A program made the position numbers and the translations under genes. 64,000 nucleotides of DNA from an uncultured Maribacter sp. (GTDB taxonomy: Bacteria > Bacteroidota > Bacteroidia > Flavobacteriales > Flavobacteriaceae), in the NCBI RefSeq assembly GCF_963977385.1, contig NZ_CAXBOU010000008.1:108619-172618 (forward strand). Reading direction: 5' to 3'. The notes under the pieces were generated by a model. That model was not told where the DNA came from, searched no databases, and worked only from the letters and a program-made list of their open reading frames with translations. Shown here one piece after another: positions 20,048 through 29,746 of the stretch (the first letter of the stretch is position 1; each line of letters opens with the position of its first letter).

Positions 20048-20668
20048 TTGAGCAACGAATTTTTCTTTACAAGATTACAGTACGAATCTGGCGATTGGGA
20101 TGTTGATCAGCGTATGCCTTCCAATTTGTTGAATTCGTTGGTTGAATACACTACCCTTAAAGTGGACACCCAAGAGAAGATTATCACTTTAGCAAGTGAT
20201 GATATTTTCAAAAGTCCGTTCTGTTATATCTCGGGTCATAAGTTGGTAGAATTCACTAAAAAGGAAAAAGAGAATTTTGAGAAATACGTTCGTAATGGTG
20301 GCTTTGTATTTGCCGATGATTGCAACCACGATATTGACGGGCTTTTCGCAAAATCTTTCGAACGGCAAATGGAAGAAATATTTGGTCCGTCCGAATTAAA
20401 AAAAATACCCAACAATCACGAATTGTATTCCATCTTTTTCGATTTCGAAAACGGTCCGCCAACCACATCACAAGAATTAAATGGTTGGGGAGATGATTTG
20501 GTTCATGAATACTTAAAAGCCATTGAGGTAAACGGTAGAATTGGGGTGTTGTATAGTAATAAGGATTACGGTTGTGAATGGGATTACGATTTCAGAAATA
20601 AGCGTTGGTACAAAATAGACAATACACGATTTGGGGTAAACATAGTGCTGTATGCCCTAACATCATAA
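20048..20668 (+). CDS. DUF4159 domain protein
   Basis: 206 aa with a TTG start. FTRLQYESGDWDVDQRMPSNLL and FVFADDCNHD are typical of DUF4159 proteins that precede MoxR/DUF58 clusters. Confidence 0.7.
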   Translation: MSNEFFFTRLQYESGDWDVDQRMPSNLLNSLVEYTTLKVDTQEKIITLASDDIFKSPFCYISGHKLVEFTKKEKENFEKYVRNGGFVFADDCNHDIDGLFAKSFERQMEEIFGPSELKKIPNNHELYSIFFDFENGPPTTSQELNGWGDDLVHEYLKAIEVNGRIGVLYSNKDYGCEWDYDFRNKRWYKIDNTRFGVNIVLYALTS

Positions 20669-20678
20669 ATAGTTTTGA

Positions 20679-21683
20679 ATGGATAAAGAATTACAACGCA
20701 TTGCAGATGAAGTAGATATGCTGTCTGGCAAGTTAAAAGCCTTAAAGCGAGAAATAGGTAAAGTAATTATAGGGCAAGAAGAAACCGTATCTCAATTACT
20801 GATTACATTCTTGGCTGGCGGACATGCATTATTAGAAGGAGTGCCAGGTTTGGCAAAAACACTAATGATCAGAACCTTGGCGAATGCTATTGATTTAAAA
20901 TTTAAGCGTATTCAGTTTACGCCCGATTTAATGCCTTCGGATATTATTGGTACCGAGATTTTAGAGGAAGACCATACGACGGGTAAAAAGTTCTTTAAGT
21001 TCAATAAAGGTCCGATTTTTTCAAATATCATTCTGGCCGATGAGATAAATAGAACACCACCAAAAACACAAGCTGCTTTGTTGGAAGCTATGCAAGAATT
21101 TGAGGTAACCTACGGTGATAAAACCTATCCGTTAGATAAGCCGTTCTTTATTTTGGCTACCCAAAACCCGATAGAGCAATCGGGGACTTTTGTTTTACCA
21201 GAAGCACAACAAGACCGATTTTTACTGTATATCAAAATAGGGTATCCAACAAAGCAAGAAGAGGAAGCCATATTAAAGGCAACTACGGGCTCTGTGAAAA
21301 AGGAATTAAATAAAGTAATTTCTGGAGAAGATATTATACGATTACAACAATTAGTTCGTGAAGTGTCCATTAGTGATGCACTTATCAGTTTTGTGAGCGA
21401 TGTTATACGCGCAACCCGACCAGAATCGACTACAGATTCTTACGTAAAAGATTGGGTAGATTGGGGTGCAGGTCCGCGTGCAGGTCAAGCAATGATCTTA
21501 ACGGCAAAGGCTAATGCCTTGTTAGAAGGTAGGTTAGCCGTTACTTTAGATGATATTAAAAGTGTGGCATTACCCGTACTTCGACATAGAATTCTCGTGA
21601 ATTTTAGAGCAGAAGCAGAAGGGATTACTTCAGATAAGGTAGCTGCTCATTTGTTGAATGCTATTGATATTAAAGGCAAGTAA
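20679..21683 (+). CDS. MoxR family AAA+ ATPase
   Basis: 334 aa. Walker A GVPGLAKT, Walker B ILADEINR, and the characteristic RIQFTPDLMPSDIIGT segment. Confidence 0.9.
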   Translation: MDKELQRIADEVDMLSGKLKALKREIGKVIIGQEETVSQLLITFLAGGHALLEGVPGLAKTLMIRTLANAIDLKFKRIQFTPDLMPSDIIGTEILEEDHTTGKKFFKFNKGPIFSNIILADEINRTPPKTQAALLEAMQEFEVTYGDKTYPLDKPFFILATQNPIEQSGTFVLPEAQQDRFLLYIKIGYPTKQEEEAILKATTGSVKKELNKVISGEDIIRLQQLVREVSISDALISFVSDVIRATRPESTTDSYVKDWVDWGAGPRAGQAMILTAKANALLEGRLAVTLDDIKSVALPVLRHRILVNFRAEAEGITSDKVAAHLLNAIDIKGK

Positions 21684-21779
21684 ACAACCTCGGGGGAAGC
21701 TCGCGAGGCATTGAAATGAAATTTTAATTTAAATTTCGACGCAAGCGTCGGAGCATTTAAATCTCGATTATCGAGTAAA
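21681..21779 (+). repeat. structured intergenic repeat, copy 1 (full length, about 99 nt)
   Basis: taaacaacctcgggggaagctcgcgaggcattgaaatg...tttcgacgcaagcgtcggagcatttaaatctcgattatcgagtaaa. Contains three small hairpins (cctcg/cgagg, cgacg/cgtcg, ctcga/tcgag). It fills the whole MoxR-DUF58 spacer, including the MoxR TAA, and touches the DUF58 ATG. The reverse complement matches 35690..35782 and 29073..29126. Confidence 0.8.
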
Positions 21780-22678
21780 TGGAAAAACAAGACTATCACG
21801 ATTTATTAAAACCAGAAGTCATCAATACCGTTTCGGGGTTATCATTGATATCACGGATTGTGGTTGAGGGCTTTACGTCTGGTTTAAATAGAAGTGTTAG
21901 TGTAGGTCCTGGTATGGAATTTAGTCAATATAGAGGCTATGAGCCTGGGGATGATTTACGACTACTCGATTGGAAAATGTTGGCGCGTTCCGGTAGATAC
22001 TACATCAAGCAATCTGAAATTGAAAGTCAGGTAACCATTAAATTCATTGTTGATGCTAGTGCTTCAATGCTTCACAAAGAAGCTGACCTATCTAAAATGG
22101 ATTTCGTGCGTGTGCTCGTTGCCACCTTGGCATATATGGCACATAAACAAGGGGATGGTGTTGGGCTATTTGCTTTGAATGAACGCGATTTGGTAAGTAT
22201 TTTTCCAAAGGCAGATAAGAAGCATTATAATAGATTGCTGTTAGAGTTGATTAAACTTTCCAATACGGGCAAATGGCCAGGCGCACAAGTTTCAACGAAA
22301 CGTATACCAAATAGAGGAACTAAAGAATTGATTTTCTTTCTGACCGATATGTATGAAAGTAATGCTGAGATTTCCAATTTTATAAAAGGATTGAAATCCT
22401 CTAAAAATGAAGTTGTTGTCTTACAGATAATGGGCTCGAAAGAAATGGATTTTAATTACGGTCCAAATATCACCTTTGAAGATTTAGAAACAGGGGCTAG
22501 GGTAAAGGTCGATACAGAAAAAGCAAAAGCCCAATATGTATTGGCAATGGAAAGTAAATTAAAAATGGTCAAAGACGAATTGTTATCAAAAGGAATAGAA
22601 CATCATGTCTTTCGAATGGATGCGCATTTGAGCGAAGCATTGCAATTATTTTTAAAACAACGTAAAAGACTCCATTAA
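21779..22678 (+). CDS. DUF58 domain protein
   Basis: 299 aa. GMEFSQYRGYEPGDDLRLLDWK is the signature DUF58 motif. Confidence 0.85.
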   Translation: MEKQDYHDLLKPEVINTVSGLSLISRIVVEGFTSGLNRSVSVGPGMEFSQYRGYEPGDDLRLLDWKMLARSGRYYIKQSEIESQVTIKFIVDASASMLHKEADLSKMDFVRVLVATLAYMAHKQGDGVGLFALNERDLVSIFPKADKKHYNRLLLELIKLSNTGKWPGAQVSTKRIPNRGTKELIFFLTDMYESNAEISNFIKGLKSSKNEVVVLQIMGSKEMDFNYGPNITFEDLETGARVKVDTEKAKAQYVLAMESKLKMVKDELLSKGIEHHVFRMDAHLSEALQLFLKQRKRLH

Positions 22679-22679
22679 T

Positions 22680-23975
22680 ATGTCATTTGCACATCCTTTA
22701 TATTTATGGACGCTTTTGGGGCTTTTGGTTCCCATAGCTATCCATTTATGGAGTAAAAAGGAAGCAAAAACCATAAAAATTGGGAGCATTCAATTATTGT
22801 CAGAATCAACTTCAAAACAGTCGAGTAGTATTCAACTAAATGAGTTTTGGTTACTGCTTCTACGAATGCTTATAGTCGGACTACTATCTATAATTTTAGC
22901 AAAACCGCAATGGAATTCTAAAGTAGAAAATTCCTCATTAACGTATATAGTAGAACCTGAATTGAGTCAAAATCAAGATTTCATGGCTCGTCTAGATAGT
23001 CTTGCGGAAGGGCAGGAAATACGCATTTTAGAGAAAGGTTTTCCGATTTGGGAGCACGATTTAAAGGATGGTAATACTACTGAAGTAATTGACTATTGGT
23101 CGCTAGCATCAGAAATGGATGCTTTAAAAACTGATAGTATCGTTGTTTTTACCAATGGATATGCTAAAGGGTTGATAGGTTCACGACCAGAAACAAATCA
23201 CCACATCAAATGGATTGTGGTAGAAGTAGCACAAAAGGTAGAAAAAACTTTGATTGCGTATAAAAGAGGGGAGAACCTACAATTGCATTCTTCAGTCAGT
23301 AATTCATTTCAAACTAAAATTTCTAGCAAGAATATTTCCTTGGGTCCAGAATATACTTTGAATTCAGAAGGGGATAGTTTGGTAATGGTTAATCGAGATA
23401 CCATTAGTAAAGTAACAGTAATTTTGCAAAAGCCTATTGAGGTTTCTCTTTATTACGCAGATAGTTTGGTTAAAGACAAAAGATTCTTAGAAGCCGCATT
23501 CGCTACACTAGCGCAATATTTGGATAGGGAAATAATAGTAGATAGTAGGTTAGACAGTTTAGTAACTAAAACTGAGCCGGCCGATTTGACTATTTGGTTA
23601 AGTGAAAAACCAATGCCTAGTTTCTTTCAGAAGATACTATTGTTTAAGAAAGATTCAATAGCAGAATCTCTCATCGAAACCGGATTGGAACCTGAAACCT
23701 ATTTTGTGACACAAAGAATCAATGCTGAAAATGCAGTTGAGCAGAGGTTAGTTGAAAGTTTATTAGACATTTTAGAAGTCAATAAGGAGTTAGAGGTTTT
23801 GTTGGCTAAGGTTGACTTACGCTCAGTGGCAGAATCTGAATTACAAACGAATTTTAAGGCGACTGATATAAGCAAGCCACAATTGGGGAGTTTTAAGGTA
23901 AGTCCTTATTTATGGGCAGCACTTTTTATATTGTTATTAGTTGAACGCTTGGTAGCTTATTATAGAAAACAGTAA
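22680..23975 (+). CDS. BatA-N (aerotolerance N-terminal) domain membrane protein
   Basis: 431 aa. The N-terminus FAHPLYLWTLLGLLVPIAIHLW matches the BatA_N motif. There is a C-terminal TM helix. Confidence 0.7.
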   Translation: MSFAHPLYLWTLLGLLVPIAIHLWSKKEAKTIKIGSIQLLSESTSKQSSSIQLNEFWLLLLRMLIVGLLSIILAKPQWNSKVENSSLTYIVEPELSQNQDFMARLDSLAEGQEIRILEKGFPIWEHDLKDGNTTEVIDYWSLASEMDALKTDSIVVFTNGYAKGLIGSRPETNHHIKWIVVEVAQKVEKTLIAYKRGENLQLHSSVSNSFQTKISSKNISLGPEYTLNSEGDSLVMVNRDTISKVTVILQKPIEVSLYYADSLVKDKRFLEAAFATLAQYLDREIIVDSRLDSLVTKTEPADLTIWLSEKPMPSFFQKILLFKKDSIAESLIETGLEPETYFVTQRINAENAVEQRLVESLLDILEVNKELEVLLAKVDLRSVAESELQTNFKATDISKPQLGSFKVSPYLWAALFILLLVERLVAYYRKQ

Positions 23976-26194
23976 TGGATTCAGGAAAACAATACTTGAT
24001 GAAATTCAATCGTCGCTGGCAAATGTTCGCGTACGTAGAAGCTATGCTTTACGCTATCGGTATTGGTTCGTTTGCGTATTTTTTAGCAAGTAGTTTATTC
24101 TTTGGTTCACTAGCTTTTGCAGTTGGTTTGTTGCTGCTACTAGTTATAAAACATCCTTGGTCTCAAAATTTAAGGGCTACCAGTTCATACATAGATGCAC
24201 ATGTAGCCGAAGCATCTTTTAGTACGGGACTTTTATTACAGCCAGAAGATGATTTATCTAGTCTAGCCCGATTACAGCGCTATAAAGTATCGAACGAACT
24301 TAAGAAGAGACTAGGGTCGATAACGCCACCGAATAAATTACGACAAGCTACTTTAATTATGGGGATACTTGTGATTTTAGGGTTCGCAGTAAATAAACTA
24401 GAACTCTTCAATCGAGTAAATGCTGGTTTAGATTCTAATTCAAATAATGAGCACATACAATTTGTTGCTACTGATTCAGTGATAAATGAAACAATTACAC
24501 CAAAAATAACAGAACAGGTAATTACTGTTTCCTATCCGTCGTACACGCGCGAAAGAACTAAAACGACCACTGAGCCTAATATTAAGGCAGTCATCAGTTC
24601 TAGGATAAGTTGGGCGCTAAAGTTCGATAATTCGGTCTCTAGCGTTAGCATGGAGCGTATGGGAGAAACAATTCCATTGCAGCACATTGATAATAATTAT
24701 AAGATAAACCAGCCCTTGATAGTATCGGGATTTTATAGTTTTAAGTTCAAGAACGAAGCGGGATTGGAATTTACCTCCGATTTATTTTCGTTGGAAGCTA
24801 TACCAGATAATCCGCCAGAGATAGAGATTACAGGTATGGAGCAATACACGTATTTTGATTTTTCAGACACAAAGAAAATCCAGTTGCAAAGTACAATTAC
24901 TGATGATTACGGAATCGATGAAGCATATATCATTGCAACCGTCAGTAAAGGTTCGGGAGAATCTGTAAAGTTTAGGGAAGAAAAATTGAATTTTAACGAG
25001 ACCATTCAAAAAGGACAACGTAGCTCGAAAGTAACCAAGAATATAGATTTAGATGGTTTGAAGATGGATGTAGGGGACGAACTCTATTTCTATATCGAAG
25101 CGTTTGATGAAAAGGAACCTAAACGAAATGTTACTCGAAGTGAGACTTATTTTGCGGTGATTAAAGATACGGTAACCAGTGATTTTGCAGTAGAGGGAAC
25201 CTTAGGGGTAGACCAAATGCCAGATTATTTTAGAAGTCAACGCCAATTAATTATTGATACTGAAAAATTAATAAAAGACAAACCCAACATAACGGTTAAG
25301 GAGTTTAAGTTTAGAAGTAATGAGCTTGGTTTTGACCAAAAAGCCCTCAGATTAAAATATGGTCAATTTATGGGTGATGAATCTGAAATGGAAGAAGCAC
25401 CCAAAGGGATCGAAACTGATGAAGCAAGTGAAGACCATGATCATACTGAAGATCAAGAAAATATATTAAAGGAATACTCGCATGACCATGACGGAGATAA
25501 TGAACATAACCTAGTAGCTACAGAAGAAGCAGATGAAGCTGAAGATCCGTTACACGATTATTTACATAATCACGATGACCCTGAAGAATCAACTTTATTT
25601 GAAGAATCCCTAAAAACGAAATTGAGAAAGGCATTGAGTATAATGTGGGATGCAGAATTGTATTTACGATTATATGAGCCAGAAAAATCATTACCATTTC
25701 AATATGATGCCTTGAAATTGATTCAAGAAATAAAGAATAGTGCACGAATCTATGTGCATAGAATTGGTTTTGACCCTCCACCAATAAAGGAGGAAAACAG
25801 GTTAACGGGTTCTATAAAGGATATCGACAATTTTAGGAAAACAGAAAATATTGAAATAGCGCATCCATTTAAATCAATAGAAACTGCGGTTTCTAGATTA
25901 GAAGTACTGATTCAACAACAAGATGCTTTTAAGGAGAATGACAAGGTGATTTTTGCTGCTGCAGGTAATGAATTAGCGCAATTAGCAATAGACAATCCCG
26001 GGAAATATTTGCGTATTCTTCAAGGGCTGAAGAATATTGAAAATAATACAGGAAGAACACTCGGTAATTATAAAATTGTTCAGAAAGGCTTATTGTCGGC
26101 TTTGCCTAAGGCTAAAGAAGTACCTGGCGCTCGAAAAGGATATACTGATGAAATTAATTCTTTATTTTTAAAACAATTGGAAACCTATGATTGA
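23975..26194 (+). CDS. large membrane-anchored hypothetical protein with acidic/His-rich segment (DUF4175-like position)
   Basis: 739 aa. Its ATG overlaps the upstream TAA (TAATG). N-terminal TM pair, and a D/E/H-rich tract at about nt 25380..25610. Confidence 0.6.
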   Translation: MDSGKQYLMKFNRRWQMFAYVEAMLYAIGIGSFAYFLASSLFFGSLAFAVGLLLLLVIKHPWSQNLRATSSYIDAHVAEASFSTGLLLQPEDDLSSLARLQRYKVSNELKKRLGSITPPNKLRQATLIMGILVILGFAVNKLELFNRVNAGLDSNSNNEHIQFVATDSVINETITPKITEQVITVSYPSYTRERTKTTTEPNIKAVISSRISWALKFDNSVSSVSMERMGETIPLQHIDNNYKINQPLIVSGFYSFKFKNEAGLEFTSDLFSLEAIPDNPPEIEITGMEQYTYFDFSDTKKIQLQSTITDDYGIDEAYIIATVSKGSGESVKFREEKLNFNETIQKGQRSSKVTKNIDLDGLKMDVGDELYFYIEAFDEKEPKRNVTRSETYFAVIKDTVTSDFAVEGTLGVDQMPDYFRSQRQLIIDTEKLIKDKPNITVKEFKFRSNELGFDQKALRLKYGQFMGDESEMEEAPKGIETDEASEDHDHTEDQENILKEYSHDHDGDNEHNLVATEEADEAEDPLHDYLHNHDDPEESTLFEESLKTKLRKALSIMWDAELYLRLYEPEKSLPFQYDALKLIQEIKNSARIYVHRIGFDPPPIKEENRLTGSIKDIDNFRKTENIEIAHPFKSIETAVSRLEVLIQQQDAFKENDKVIFAAAGNELAQLAIDNPGKYLRILQGLKNIENNTGRTLGNYKIVQKGLLSALPKAKEVPGARKGYTDEINSLFLKQLETYD

Positions 26195-27941
26195 AGGATT
26201 TTCATATGTACATAAAGATTTTCTGATACCGGTTCTTATTGGAGGACTTGTCTTATTCGGCAGCTATTTCTATAAGGAATGGGTTACAAGAAAACAGGGT
26301 AATTTTTTAATTAATATAATCGTCGCATTTCTAACCATTGCATCACTGATCATTCTGGTATTAAAACCAACTCAGGAGGTTGAAATTAATGACCAACAGG
26401 GTATTTTGCTTACAGAAGGTTTTAATGAAAAGCAAAGAGACAGCCTGTTGTCCCTCAAAAAAGGTGTAAAAGTGTTGACGTATAACCCGAAGAAATCTAT
26501 TCGGAGGGAACTGGATTCCCTTACTTCTGTTTATGTTTTAGGGGAAGGCATAAAACCATTCGATTTCTCACGTTTTAAAGACATTTCGGTTGAATATATT
26601 CCCGCTAAGAAACCATTAGGAATTACCCAGCTAAAGTATACCAAGCAAATTTCGTTAGGTGAAAAAATAGAAATTGTTGGCAGCTACAATCACCCAGTTA
26701 AAGGCTCATTTTTAGTTTTTGAAGATTCACGAGGCAATGGTTTAGATTCTGTTCAAGTCATTGATAATGACAATACTGATTTTTCATTAGCTGGTAGTCC
26801 GAAAACAAGTGGAGAATATGTGTATCAACTTGCGGTAAAAGATAGTACTGGAGTTTTAATAGATATCAATCCATTACCGGTAGAAATTAAGAAGAAGCAG
26901 CCGTTACGGGTATTGATATTAAACAATTTCCCAACCTTTGAAACAAAATACCTAAAGAATTTTTTAGCAGAGGAAGGTCACGAAGAAATTGTGAGAAGCC
27001 AATTGACAAAAGGCAAGTTTAAGTTCGAATATTTCAATACGAGTAGTACACCTGTTTATCAGTTTACTGATGAGATTTTAAAACGGTTCGATTTAGTCAT
27101 TACAGATGCAGATACCTATTTTAGTTTTGGGTCTGCAACTAAAAATCGCTTTGAAAAGAATATTAGAGAAAATGGGTTAGGGGTATTCATTCAGCCAAGT
27201 GATTTTCTTTTCAATTTGAGTACAAGGTCATCTTATTTTAGATTTAAACGAGATGGAATAAAAGATGTTCAATTATTGAATAGTACTATTGCCTTAGAAA
27301 AATACCCTTATGAATTTGATGAAGAATTTTTGGTGAAATCACTAATAGTAGGGGAAGGTAAAACTATAGCCGTGTATAAACAAATGGGATTAGGCAAGGT
27401 TGCAACTACAACGTTATTAAGTAGTTATCAAATGTTATTGAATGGCTCGGATCAAGTATATAAAAGTATTTGGACTAAAATTTTAGACGAAATTGCAAAA
27501 ACGCAAAGTGTGCAGGTTGAATGGAAGGCTTACACAGAAATTCCAAAAGTAGATGAGCCATTTCATTTTAGTTTGTATACAAATCTACAGGAGTTCACTG
27601 TAATAAATGAAGATAGTATACGTATCCCAATACTTCAAAAACCAATGGTGTCTACTCATTACAAAGGAACAATTTATCCGAAGAAAACGGGGTGGCAACA
27701 TTTAAGCATAGAAGGTGATAGTACTGCTCAATTTTCGTTTTTTGTCTATGATAGTATTGATTGGAAAGCGTTATCCACAACTCAAAATATAACCTCAAAT
27801 CAAAAGAGATTTAAGAATGGTATAAACAAAAACAGGACGGTTATTCATAACCGTCCTGTTTCTCCAATATTGTTTTACGTCCTATTTTTACTGGGCGTAG
27901 GCTGGTTGTGGCTATCACCTAAACTATCAACCGAAAGGTGA
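26187..27941 (+). CDS. membrane-anchored hypothetical protein (last gene of the MoxR cluster)
   Basis: 584 aa with an 8-nt overlap (ATGATTGA) with the upstream gene. N-terminal TM helices and a C-terminal TM helix. Confidence 0.6.
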   Translation: MIEGFSYVHKDFLIPVLIGGLVLFGSYFYKEWVTRKQGNFLINIIVAFLTIASLIILVLKPTQEVEINDQQGILLTEGFNEKQRDSLLSLKKGVKVLTYNPKKSIRRELDSLTSVYVLGEGIKPFDFSRFKDISVEYIPAKKPLGITQLKYTKQISLGEKIEIVGSYNHPVKGSFLVFEDSRGNGLDSVQVIDNDNTDFSLAGSPKTSGEYVYQLAVKDSTGVLIDINPLPVEIKKKQPLRVLILNNFPTFETKYLKNFLAEEGHEEIVRSQLTKGKFKFEYFNTSSTPVYQFTDEILKRFDLVITDADTYFSFGSATKNRFEKNIRENGLGVFIQPSDFLFNLSTRSSYFRFKRDGIKDVQLLNSTIALEKYPYEFDEEFLVKSLIVGEGKTIAVYKQMGLGKVATTTLLSSYQMLLNGSDQVYKSIWTKILDEIAKTQSVQVEWKAYTEIPKVDEPFHFSLYTNLQEFTVINEDSIRIPILQKPMVSTHYKGTIYPKKTGWQHLSIEGDSTAQFSFFVYDSIDWKALSTTQNITSNQKRFKNGINKNRTVIHNRPVSPILFYVLFLLGVGWLWLSPKLSTER

Positions 27942-27956
27942 TTAAACCACTGTATT

Positions 27957-28370
27957 TTAATGCGGTAATTTATCTTTTACAAGACCGTAAATAAAAGTTC
28001 CCAAAAGTGCTCCTCCTATTACAACAAGAATCGAATAATAGCCAGCTCCTGCAAGAACATACATAGGTCCTGGGCAAGCACCTGCTAACGCCCATCCTAA
28101 ACCAAAAATAATACCACCTAGTAAATAGTTAGTAACACCTTTCTTCTTTGGATGTAAATTCATTTCGGTACCGCCAATAGCTTTTATTTTGAACTTTTTA
28201 ATGAGTTGAATACCTATAACGCCTAATACCAATGCAGAGCCAATAATGCCATACATATGAAAAGAACCAAATTGAAACATTTCATAGATGCGAAACCACG
28301 AAGCAGCTTCAGATTTATACATGATGATTCCGAAAAATATACCGATGGTTAAATAACTTAAATATTTCAT
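27957..28370 (-). CDS. YeeE/YedE-family sulfur-compound transporter, small subunit/half
   Basis: 137 aa with four TM helices. Motif GACPGP. Immediately follows 28372..28938. Confidence 0.75.
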   Translation of the reverse strand: MKYLSYLTIGIFFGIIMYKSEAASWFRIYEMFQFGSFHMYGIIGSALVLGVIGIQLIKKFKIKAIGGTEMNLHPKKKGVTNYLLGGIIFGLGWALAGACPGPMYVLAGAGYYSILVVIGGALLGTFIYGLVKDKLPH

Positions 28371-28371
28371 A

Positions 28372-28938
28372 CTATCCGAAAATTAGAGGGAATAAAAGGT
28401 GAATCATTACAAGGCCTCCAATAAAGAAGCCAATTACTGCAATAAGTGAGGGTAGTTGTAAATTGCTAAGTCCTGAAATGGCATGACCACTGGTACAACC
28501 GCCAGCATATCGAGCACCAAAGCCAACTAGGAATCCTCCAATAATTAATATGATAAGCACGAAAGGGTTAGTAAGTTGTTCCGTTGCGAAAAGTTCAGTA
28601 GGTAAATAAGCTTCACCGGCACTTTCAATACCATAATCCGTTGCAAGTTGTTGGGCAACTTCCGGGTTGATTTTCACGGTATTATCCGACATAAATTGGG
28701 AAGCAATAAATCCGCCGATAACCGCTCCTAGAACAATTATTAGATTCCATCTTTGTGATTTCCAATCGAATTTAAAAAAATCAGCGTATTTGCCAGCACC
28801 ACCAATAGAACACATGGTTCTTAAATTTGAGGACATTCCGAATTTTTTGCCAGCAAATAGCAAAATAAACATGGTTAAGGCAATTAAAGGTCCGGCTACA
28901 TACCAAGGCCAAGGGTCATATATCAAATTCATTGTCAA
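28372..28938 (-). CDS. YeeE/YedE-family sulfur-compound (thiosulfate-type) transporter
   Basis: 188 aa. The conserved-Cys motifs MCSIGG and GGCTSGHA are typical of the sulphur-transport domain. Confidence 0.75.
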   Translation of the reverse strand: MTMNLIYDPWPWYVAGPLIALTMFILLFAGKKFGMSSNLRTMCSIGGAGKYADFFKFDWKSQRWNLIIVLGAVIGGFIASQFMSDNTVKINPEVAQQLATDYGIESAGEAYLPTELFATEQLTNPFVLIILIIGGFLVGFGARYAGGCTSGHAISGLSNLQLPSLIAVIGFFIGGLVMIHLLFPLIFG

Positions 28939-29072
28939 TTAATTCTTGTTATTTGTAACTTAAAGAAGCGCAAAGAAAATGAATCTTTTACTAACGCTGT
29001 TACATTGGCAAGATATTAACTACCAATATGTGTTTGCTTTTCAATATAATGATAACATAAAGTAAGTTTTAA

Positions 29073-29126
29073 TTTACTCGATAATCGAGATTTAAATGCT
29101 CTGAGGCTTGCCTTGAGGTTGTTTAC
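29073..29126 (-). repeat. structured intergenic repeat, copy 2 (short form, about 54 nt)
   Basis: tttactcgataatcgagatttaaatgctctgaggcttgccttgaggttgtttac. Shares both termini with the reverse complement of copy 1. The internal part is reduced to one hairpin with the same GCTTGC centre. Confidence 0.75.
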
Positions 29127-29222
29127 TTTTTATATATTGAAAAGCAGACCATAGTAGCCTCTGTTCTGTTTAGAATTAGGAGTGAATTATTTAGAAAGGG
29201 TTAGTATCTAAATATTAAAACC

Positions 29223-29411
29223 CTATTTTTTCTTGATTCCTAATTTCACAAGAATGGTTTCCAACAAACACCATTTCGTAAACGCCGATTGTATAAGGTT
29301 TACCCCTATAAATACGGTAAACCATAACCAGTTTATATGTACATATACTGCCAATACGACGCTCAGTAAAACCATTGTACCTACTATTACTCTAAAATAT
29401 GTATTTAACAT
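29223..29411 (-). CDS. DUF2892 (YgaP-like) small membrane protein
   Basis: 62 aa with two TM helices. The motif NLIQSAFTKWC is typical of DUF2892. Confidence 0.7.
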   Translation of the reverse strand: MLNTYFRVIVGTMVLLSVVLAVYVHINWLWFTVFIGVNLIQSAFTKWCLLETILVKLGIKKK

Positions 29412-29429
29412 GTTGATTTATTTTTAAGA

Positions 29430-29735
29430 TTATATTGATTTTTCAATAGGAACTACCACTGCTTTTATAGGGTTGTTTGTTTCCAGATTTTGATTGAAGT
29501 CTTTAATAAGCTCAAATAGCGTATCAATATTTTCATCTTCGGTAAAAGAGAAGAACAAACTCGATTCTAGACCACCCTTCTCAATTGGAAACCAACTAGT
29601 GGTACGAACCAATGAAGTATGATTTTTATAGCCATCTATATCTGAACCGCTAAAGCTCTCGATCCTCGCTTTTTTAAAGAGTCGCAGAATTTCCTTTTCG
29701 AATTCTTCTACGACCGTTACGATTAGTAATTTCAT
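29430..29735 (-). CDS. small cytoplasmic protein, possibly P-II-like fold
   Basis: 101 aa. The MKLLIVTVVEEFEKEILRLFKK beta-alpha start resembles P-II/DUF3240-type proteins found after RND pumps. Functional call is weak. Confidence 0.45.
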   Translation of the reverse strand: MKLLIVTVVEEFEKEILRLFKKARIESFSGSDIDGYKNHTSLVRTTSWFPIEKGGLESSLFFSFTEDENIDTLFELIKDFNQNLETNNPIKAVVVPIEKSI

Positions 29736-29746
29736 TTTTATCGTTT

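Noticed and set aside
28990-29004. Box-like sequence ACTAACGCTGTTACA upstream of the YeeE/YedE genes.
   Set aside because: The half-sites are separated by 3 nt instead of 4, giving 15 nt in total. No TAnnTTTG element lies at the 20-21 nt spacing. I therefore do not count the YeeE pair as a regulon member.
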